Source: an uncultured virus (IMG/VR IMGVR_UViG_3300021371_000011) (taxonomy: Duplodnaviria; Heunggongvirae; Uroviricota; Caudoviricetes). From it: a DNA stretch of 20,000 bases. Location: IMG/VR virus record IMGVR_UViG_3300021371_000011; one strand, given 5' to 3'. A model generated the notes under the pieces. That model did not search any database. It was given only the letters and a program-made list of their open reading frames with translations, and had not been told where the DNA came from. Shown piece by piece: positions 14,590 to 20,000 of the stretch. Position 1 is the first letter of the stretch, and each line of letters opens with the position of its first letter. The position numbers and the translations under genes are program-made.

Positions 14590-15173
14590 ATATTTTTATC
14601 TTAAATGAAAACCCCGAATTAGCAGCAAGAGATTACTGCAATAAACACCTACCTAAAATGTGCGTCGAAATGTTGCAGATGCTAGGCAGTAGTGTCATCA
14701 GACATGGTGCTACGCCCGACATGATGCCTCTTACTAAGAAAGGTACACCTCTCAAGGGTGGCTATCATAATCATCCGTGTACTCGATGGGTAGGCGACAG
14801 TAGCGATAATTACGTTTGGACTGTACGCCATGCTTTAGAGATATGTAAAGAATACACTAACAAGTATAACAAAATACATTTTTGCGAGGCAGGTATTCGA
14901 CACCTTAGTTCTATGGTAAAACTAATTCCCGAAGGCAATCGTACACATTTTGCTCTCGCTATGCCCGATGAGTATAGACCGGATTATATGACTGCTGTAA
15001 GTAAGCCCTTTGCTGTAATAACAGACCACGAAAAAGGTATTATCAGTCATGCAAGAGGCGAAGAAGCAATACAGGCTTACAGGCGTTATTACCATAGCAA
15101 AGAGTTTGCTGTATGGGATGGTCGCCGTGTGCCTCATTGGTGGAAAAGTTATAGATATGTGGGGTTAGAATAA
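14586..15173 (+). CDS. Pyrimidine-dimer DNA glycosylase / endonuclease V-like family protein
   Basis: MNIF.L..NP..AA...C.KH..KM..E..QML...HNHPCTRW...AMPDEY...AYRRYY...K...W...P.W matches the recalled Pyr_excise-like viral family. Confidence 0.75.
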   Translation: MNIFILNENPELAARDYCNKHLPKMCVEMLQMLGSSVIRHGATPDMMPLTKKGTPLKGGYHNHPCTRWVGDSSDNYVWTVRHALEICKEYTNKYNKIHFCEAGIRHLSSMVKLIPEGNRTHFALAMPDEYRPDYMTAVSKPFAVITDHEKGIISHARGEEAIQAYRRYYHSKEFAVWDGRRVPHWWKSYRYVGLE

Positions 15174-15358
15174 TGAATGTTTGTGAACATCCGGCAAACG
15201 GTACTTGTGTTTGGTCTGTAATAAGAGTTTATACAGTAAGTGCTGTATCTAACAATAGATTATTGACAGAAGTAGATGTAGAATGTATTAAGTGCGGTGT
15301 GCAAAAATATGTGGTATCAAGAGGTAATGTATTAGAAGATGGAGAGGATATACAATGA
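15173..15358 (+). CDS. Small zinc-ribbon protein
   Basis: CEH...C...CIKCG; TAATG overlap. Confidence 0.65.
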   Translation: MNVCEHPANGTCVWSVIRVYTVSAVSNNRLLTEVDVECIKCGVQKYVVSRGNVLEDGEDIQ

Positions 15359-15383
15359 GTAGTTTTTTCTTAAATAAAAAAAG

Positions 15384-15417
15384 ACGCTTGCGAGACAAGA
15401 ACGGTAGACTTAAAAGG
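15384..15417 (+). promoter_or_regulatory. Class I promoter element, copy 13 (divergent)
   Basis: ACGCTTGCGAGACAAGAA-N7-CTTAAAAGG; ATG at +55 opens only 12 codons, so the real gene probably starts at 15470. Confidence 0.7.
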
Positions 15418-15469
15418 GATGACGTTTTAGGTAGAAACATGGCGAGAGCCGACAAAGGAGATAACAAAA

Positions 15470-15664
15470 ATGAATAAAGAAAAATATGAAATGGAAATGG
15501 AAAGAGAAATATATCGCTCAATGCTAGATATGATAGAGAATGGCGATATTGTAGAAGATATTGAGGATGCAGCAACAAGAAAAAGAATACTGCACGTTAA
15601 AACTGTTCTACATAGAATGTTAGACGCTAATGCGTTTATGTCCGTAAGTAATGGAGAGGAATAA
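15470..15664 (+). CDS. Hypothetical protein
   Basis: AGGAG RBS. Confidence 0.7.
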   Translation: MNKEKYEMEMEREIYRSMLDMIENGDIVEDIEDAATRKRILHVKTVLHRMLDANAFMSVSNGEE

Positions 15665-15665
15665 A

Positions 15666-15938
15666 ATGAATAAAGAAGATAGACGCAGAATGCAAGAATT
15701 AAAAAGAGATAAGAATGAGGAATTAAGAAAGAATGCCCCTATACCTGCTGATGAGTTTGACATTAGAGGTGTAAGGTTTGAGAATGTACACAATGGTATT
15801 ATAATGGAAATTGTTAGTCATTGGGTTGGAGACATGGGAGTAATTCTATGGACTTCTGATGCCGGAGATATATACTCGACTAGAGATATTAAAGGACATT
15901 GGATAATGCAAGATATAGAAGAACCGGAAGGATGGTGA
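15666..15938 (+). CDS. Hypothetical protein
   Basis: Start refined to ATG 15666 (GGAGAGG RBS). Confidence 0.7.
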   Translation: MNKEDRRRMQELKRDKNEELRKNAPIPADEFDIRGVRFENVHNGIIMEIVSHWVGDMGVILWTSDAGDIYSTRDIKGHWIMQDIEEPEGW

Positions 15939-15943
15939 GTAAG

Positions 15944-16066
15944 ATGAATACAGAATTAGAAGATATATGCAAGTTTATATGGTATGTATATAGACAAGAG
16001 CCTCTTGATGGTGATGACATTGAAGAAATAATGAGAGCCTTAAAAGAATGGAATGGAGATGAGTAA
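15944..16066 (+). CDS. Small hypothetical protein (40 aa)
   Basis: MNTELEDICKFIWYVYRQ...; GGTGA RBS. Confidence 0.55.
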   Translation: MNTELEDICKFIWYVYRQEPLDGDDIEEIMRALKEWNGDE

Positions 16067-16337
16067 GATGAATAATGAAGAAAGATTATGGCAACAATTA
16101 AAGCCGACATTATGGCAATACATAGAGAAAGAACACATGGAACATATGATGGATGATGAAGATTATCAAGACGAAGAAGGAAACCAACTACCGATTAGTG
16201 AAGAAGAATGGGAATTGTTTATTCGGTATTTTCAAGACGCATTTGGTAATGAGGTTTCATGTTTAGCACTTGATTATTGGAATGATAGACACTACAATGG
16301 TATGCCCAAAGTGGAAACAAGAGGTGAAGAAGAATGA
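16059..16337 (+). CDS. Acidic hypothetical protein
   Basis: Start uncertain (16053/16059/16068). Confidence 0.7.
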   Translation: MSKMNNEERLWQQLKPTLWQYIEKEHMEHMMDDEDYQDEEGNQLPISEEEWELFIRYFQDAFGNEVSCLALDYWNDRHYNGMPKVETRGEEE

Positions 16338-16501
16338 CTACAATAACGGTAAAAGTAAAAGTAGAATTAGAAGAAGAAATAGAGATTGACGTAGAATCGG
16401 ATTTGATGCACCAAAGCATTGATGAGTTTATGGATGATGTAATAAGTAATCTACAACACCATATACATTTAGAAGGTTATGCAGATTGGCAGGTGGCTTA
16501 G
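16334..16501 (+). CDS. Small acidic protein (55 aa)
   Basis: MTTITVKVKVELEEEIEIDV...; GAGGTGA RBS; ATGA overlap. Confidence 0.65.
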   Translation: MTTITVKVKVELEEEIEIDVESDLMHQSIDEFMDDVISNLQHHIHLEGYADWQVA

Positions 16502-16729
16502 ATGAGTAAGATGATTGAGGTCAGACTACAAGAGATTGCTGATGAATTAGAAACGCTAAGAAGGGCGGAAGAGGCTTGTGAATATGCTATGCACTACATA
16601 GCAGAAGTAGCACAGGCTTTACCCTCTAACATACTTATGAGCCACCATGCAGAAATGGAGATAGATGAAGTGCATTCAGAAGTATCTGCTAGAATACTAG
16701 AGTTAGAAGATAAAATAGGGGCGATATAA
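16502..16729 (+). CDS. Hypothetical helical protein
   Basis: AGGTGG RBS; coiled-coil-like. Confidence 0.7.
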   Translation: MSKMIEVRLQEIADELETLRRAEEACEYAMHYIAEVAQALPSNILMSHHAEMEIDEVHSEVSARILELEDKIGAI

Positions 16730-16730
16730 A

Positions 16731-17012
16731 ATGAGTGAATTAAAAAGAGAATATTGGTCGGAGACATTACTTTGTACTAGCGGAAAAGTAAAGATTGACA
16801 GAAGAGAGATTGCGGCAATAGTCGAAAGAGATTTAGTAAAATATTCAGAACTAGATATACACTTAAAGTCCGGTACTATTTTTACCGTAAAAGAATATGA
16901 CGTAAATACCATAGCAAATCTCTATCTAATAGAGTCGCCACATGAAGAGGTGCATACAGTACCTAATACTTTTACCATGAGAGAAGGTAAAGCACCGGAG
17001 AGTGAAGAGTAA
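16731..17012 (+). CDS. Hypothetical protein
   Basis: 93 aa; tightly packed. Confidence 0.7.
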   Translation: MSELKREYWSETLLCTSGKVKIDRREIAAIVERDLVKYSELDIHLKSGTIFTVKEYDVNTIANLYLIESPHEEVHTVPNTFTMREGKAPESEE

Positions 17013-17101
17013 TGCCTAACAAGAGACAGAATGCAGCAAGATTGTATCTATACAATAGAAAGTATAAAGCACGTAGAAATTATAGTGGGGAAGAGGAATG
17101 A
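17012..17101 (+). CDS. Small basic peptide (29 aa)
   Basis: Overlaps at both ends (TAATG, ATGA). Confidence 0.45.
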   Translation: MPNKRQNAARLYLYNRKYKARRNYSGEEE

Positions 17102-17202
17102 GTTTCAAAGACCATAGATGTAATTGCGGTAAAAGAAAAGGACTATTTTACGCTAAGCCTATGTACCCTAGTTTTTGTGGTAAATGTGGGGGTTGGTTCT
17201 GA
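17098..17202 (+). CDS. Small zinc-finger protein (34 aa)
   Basis: MSFKDHRCNCGKRKGLFYAKPMYPSFCGKCGGWF*. Confidence 0.6.
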   Translation: MSFKDHRCNCGKRKGLFYAKPMYPSFCGKCGGWF

Positions 17203-17432
17203 TGCCTCAATTACCTAGAGATGATAAAGATACAGGCTATGCAGGTGATATGCCGACAAGTATTACAAGTATGAGGAATATGAAAAGCCACCTTAAAAGA
17301 AAAATGAGGATGGATGAAATACACCCCGATAATGTAAGTGATGATGAGATGACTAATTTCTTGATTAGTAGTTTTGGTTTTAGTAGAGAGTTTTGTGCTA
17401 AAGCAGTAGAAGAATGGAGAGAGGAATTATGA
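17202..17432 (+). CDS. Hypothetical protein
   Basis: Start refined to ATG 17202 (TGATG overlap). Confidence 0.7.
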   Translation: MPQLPRDDKDTGYAGDMPTSITSMRNMKSHLKRKMRMDEIHPDNVSDDEMTNFLISSFGFSREFCAKAVEEWREEL

Positions 17433-17626
17433 GTAATAGAGTTTTTATTGACGTAAAAGTAAATGCCGCAAAAAGTAGCGGGTATTATGTTAGATGCCCA
17501 CAATTAAAGCAAGCAATAGAGAAGATTGAAAACAATTCAGATAGTAAAGTCGTGGGTATTGTTTATGATGGAGAAAACGCAATAGAGTTAATTCTCGACC
17601 CACCATTAGGAGATGATGAGGAATGA
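17429..17626 (+). CDS. Hypothetical protein
   Basis: Start refined to ATG 17429 (GAGG RBS, ATGA overlap). Confidence 0.65.
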   Translation: MSNRVFIDVKVNAAKSSGYYVRCPQLKQAIEKIENNSDSKVVGIVYDGENAIELILDPPLGDDEE

Positions 17627-17990
17627 GTAGTATTGAGGAAAAAGTAATTGATAACAAAGACATAAAGAAAATTGAATTAACCTATGAAACACATTGTTGT
17701 TTAGATTTGGATGAGGTATTTAACCCCGAAGATGGTGAAACAAACCCATTTGCCGAAGGTAGGGTAAAAAGATGGTGGGTTAAACACGCAACATTATATA
17801 TGGAATTAGATGATGATACTACAATAGAAAGAGATGTATCTTGGTGGGTAGGAGATGCCTACGAGAACGTGGACACAAAGTGGCCTACTGTTATTATGCT
17901 TGAAGATGAAGAAGGTAGTTGGCATAAATCTAAGTTTCCAAAATCGAAAGTTAGGTGGTTTAATGAGTAGTATTGAGGAAAAAGTAATTG
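17622..17990 (+). repeat. 29-bp perfect direct repeat at two consecutive gene starts
   Basis: AATGAGTAGTATTGAGGAAAAAGTAATTG at 17622-17650 and 17962-17990. Confidence 0.9.
17623..17970 (+). CDS. Hypothetical protein
   Basis: 115 aa; first 9 codons identical to those of the next gene. Confidence 0.7.
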   Translation: MSSIEEKVIDNKDIKKIELTYETHCCLDLDEVFNPEDGETNPFAEGRVKRWWVKHATLYMELDDDTTIERDVSWWVGDAYENVDTKWPTVIMLEDEEGSWHKSKFPKSKVRWFNE

Positions 17991-18187
17991 CTGAGATTAG
18001 AGAACGTGCTAAAAAGGGCAAAGCCAAATACGGTACTACAATGGATAGGGACGACCTATCTCTAAAGGAATGGATGCAACATCTAAAGGAAGAATTGATG
18101 GATGGTGTAATATACACACAGAAGATTATTGACATATTAGACGCTTGCGACACGAAATCGAACACCTTATATATAGAAGAAGAGTAG
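17963..18187 (+). CDS. Small MazG-like (all-alpha NTP pyrophosphohydrolase-like) viral protein
   Basis: R...G..KYGTTMDR.DL...W..H..EELMD...Y; start refined to ATG 17963 (AGGTGG RBS). Confidence 0.6.
   Translation: MSSIEEKVIAEIRERAKKGKAKYGTTMDRDDLSLKEWMQHLKEELMDGVIYTQKIIDILDACDTKSNTLYIEEE
18141..18174 (+). promoter_or_regulatory. Class I promoter element, copy 14
   Basis: ACGCTTGCGACACGAAAT-N7-CTTATATAT; ATG at +54 (18195). Confidence 0.75.
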
Positions 18188-18194
18188 GGATATT

Positions 18195-18467
18195 ATGAGA
18201 AAAGTACAGTTAAAACGCATGGTCGCTAAGGCACTTATCGGCCAAGAACAGGGCTTAACAGCACAAGAGATTTACGGTAAATTAAACTACCAAGCACTAT
18301 CCAAGATTAAGAACCCTAAGCATATATCTAACATACTAAAGAGTATGAAAGGTGTAGGTAAATATAATACAGGCGTAGGTGTTAAACTAAATGGAGATAG
18401 ATACAAAGTAAATCTATACAAGATTGAGGACATGGATGAAGTAATGAAATTGGGGGGGCTTAAGTGA
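18195..18467 (+). CDS. Possible winged-helix DNA-binding protein
   Basis: GLTAQEIYGKL...NPKHISNILKSM plus a beta-wing; basic. Confidence 0.65.
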   Translation: MRKVQLKRMVAKALIGQEQGLTAQEIYGKLNYQALSKIKNPKHISNILKSMKGVGKYNTGVGVKLNGDRYKVNLYKIEDMDEVMKLGGLK

Positions 18468-18793
18468 AGAAGTTAGAACCACAATGGCCGTATGTAGATT
18501 ATGAATACCGATTCGCAGATGAGGATGCAGTGGATATAGAGGATGTAGTAAGGACATTACAAGGCTATAACCCAAGTAGTAATATTGCTAGACAAATAGA
18601 AGAGTTTGGTGTGTGTGTACCCGAATATGAGAATCAGATACAGCGATATAGAAATACAATCGAAATGGCTTACGAGTTTATGTTCATAGGTCAATTCAAA
18701 GCGAAAACCCCGCAGAAAACAATCAAGAGATTTAAGAATGCTATTGATAGGGTAAAAGAAACAGTAAGGAGAAATAAAAATGAGCGAGAATAG
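18464..18793 (+). CDS. Hypothetical protein
   Basis: GTGA overlap; G-rich RBS. Confidence 0.7.
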   Translation: MKKLEPQWPYVDYEYRFADEDAVDIEDVVRTLQGYNPSSNIARQIEEFGVCVPEYENQIQRYRNTIEMAYEFMFIGQFKAKTPQKTIKRFKNAIDRVKETVRRNKNERE

Positions 18794-18986
18794 AAGATGG
18801 ATAAACTTTGCGAGATACAGTAGCCCACCGATGGGTAAAGGTAAGATATTAGATTGTGTCGTGATGGAAAAAAGAATAGACAACCCACTAGCGACACAAG
18901 GGGGGTTGTATATCAAAATGACACTAAATGGTGTTTTGTTTGAAGGTATATTAGATTCAGTAATAAGTGAGGATGAGGAAGAATGA
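18780..18986 (+). CDS. Hypothetical protein
   Basis: AGGAG RBS. Confidence 0.65.
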   Translation: MSENRRWINFARYSSPPMGKGKILDCVVMEKRIDNPLATQGGLYIKMTLNGVLFEGILDSVISEDEEE

Positions 18987-19216
18987 ATGAACATACATGG
19001 GAAAAACTAGACGCTGATATGAGAAGCGACATGGCCGAGGAATACATACAAGAGAGATGCCCGCATGAGTTTGTGGATATACTAGACTTTGAAATTGTCA
19101 ATGCAGGTGAAGATGCACTTATCACTATAGGTTGCGATAAGTGTGGTGCAACCCAACAGCATACTTTAGATTTAGAAGAGATAATATTTAATTTACAAAT
19201 GGAGTGGCAAGAATGA
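18983..19216 (+). CDS. Small zinc-ribbon protein
   Basis: CPH...CDKCG; ATGA overlap. Confidence 0.7.
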   Translation: MNEHTWEKLDADMRSDMAEEYIQERCPHEFVDILDFEIVNAGEDALITIGCDKCGATQQHTLDLEEIIFNLQMEWQE

Positions 19217-20000
19217 TTACACATACTTTTAACTTAAAAGAATTAACCATATATCATGCTTCACCTGTAAGGAGAAACGATGAGGGTAAAACTGTTATAC
19301 AACAATGTGATGTAGATTTGCGAACCAAAGGCACTTCTTTCCATATTATTAGGAGAGAAGTATTGAAGCAGTTATTAGACTACTGTTATGAGTCATGCCA
19401 CCAAGAACCTTTGAGTAAATCCGAGTTTAATTTCATGTATAGAAATTGTATAGAACACAGACCATCTAGTTTTTCACTAAAAGCAATAATACATGATGCT
19501 ATTTACGATGCAGACGATGTAGAAATTACATTCATCTGTACCGACAACCGTAGCGTATTAGAGATACCGAAAAAGAAACCACTACAATTAGATGATATGT
19601 TTTTCACTACTTGCCGTGATACTTTATCTAGTGTTGTAAACTCAAGAGTGGGTGATATACCAAAATTGTTAATGAACAGTAAAGCCACTAAAGAAATGAG
19701 AAATATTCAGAAGGGTAGAGTACTTTGTAATATTTTTACGACAAATCTAATAATAGACACGGTTCTAACAGAACCGTATGTTAAGAGCAACCAAATCTTA
19801 TTAGAGATAACACAATTACCAAGACACTATACCATAGCGGTCAAAATTAAGTGTGGTAGTGGATATGTACAACCTGTACCCGAACACACGAATGACGGGC
19901 TTGTATGTATGGAAAACAACGATGTTTTACATGGTGTCTTGAAACAGATTTTAGAGAACCTAGATGATGAAATACGTTTGGGTAATTTATCAAAATTAAA
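19213..20000 (+). CDS. Hypothetical protein (partial, runs off the window; absent from ORF track)
   Basis: MITHTFNLKELTIYHASPVRR...; open for 262 codons to the window end; ATGA overlap; GGAG RBS. Confidence 0.75.
   Translation, partial: MITHTFNLKELTIYHASPVRRNDEGKTVIQQCDVDLRTKGTSFHIIRREVLKQLLDYCYESCHQEPLSKSEFNFMYRNCIEHRPSSFSLKAIIHDAIYDADDVEITFICTDNRSVLEIPKKKPLQLDDMFFTTCRDTLSSVVNSRVGDIPKLLMNSKATKEMRNIQKGRVLCNIFTTNLIIDTVLTEPYVKSNQILLEITQLPRHYTIAVKIKCGSGYVQPVPEHTNDGLVCMENNDVLHGVLKQILENLDDEIRLGNLSKL

Noticed and set aside
15355..15477. 40-aa ORF MSSFFLNKKRRLRDKNG...
   Set aside because: Consists almost entirely of promoter copy 13 and its leader; has a coupled start, but a protein function is unsupported
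6071..18174. ACGCTTGCGAAGCAGAAT repeats as a CRISPR array
   Set aside because: Spacing ranges from about 70 bp to 2.8 kb, intervals are protein-coding, each copy carries a fixed TATA box, and no cas genes are present
446..19688. Other minus-strand ORFs in the track (e.g. 1219-1650, 3629-3997, 4945-5127, 7242-7439, 18557-18994, 19503-19688)
   Set aside because: Antisense shadows of well-supported + strand genes or of repeats, with S/I/F/L-rich composition typical of the non-coding strand
1..20000. tRNA genes, integrase, transposase, reverse transcriptase/DGR
   Set aside because: No cloverleaf with T-loop consensus, no recognisable catalytic motifs and no adenine-variable repeat pair seen by eye; tRNAscan-SE and HMM searches would be decisive

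Overview
AT-rich segment of a tailed dsDNA virus genome (Caudoviricetes), most likely infecting an archaeon. The host call rests on TATA-like boxes 29-30 bp upstream of start codons, GGTGA/GGAG ribosome-binding sites, ATGA/TAATG gene overlaps and tiny CxxC zinc-finger ORFs. A marine Euryarchaeota/Poseidoniales ('magrovirus'-like) virus is plausible but cannot be proven from this window. Layout: (1) terminase large subunit (77-1591) and a few downstream genes ending in hairpin terminators at about 4.1 kb. (2) A largely non-coding control region (about 4.1-7.3 kb) with roughly 39 hand-counted copies of AACCCTACAAAAT in both orientations, a second palindromic repeat family, three promoters built on the repeat, an HNH-like gene and a densely hairpinned candidate ncRNA. 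It is a likely genome-end, packaging or origin region. (3) A co-oriented 'early' region of about 45 small ORFs (including DUF932-like, pyrimidine-dimer-glycosylase-like, MazG-like and wHTH-like proteins), punctuated by 14 copies of ACGCTTGCGAAGCAGAAT-N7-(T/C)TTAAATA. The TATA-like box is always at +25 and an ATG lies at +54/55 in 10 of 14 copies. Most copies also encode the C-terminus or stop of the upstream gene, giving a promoter-delimited gene-cassette array. All family assignments come from recalled motifs, not database searches, and all counts are manual.
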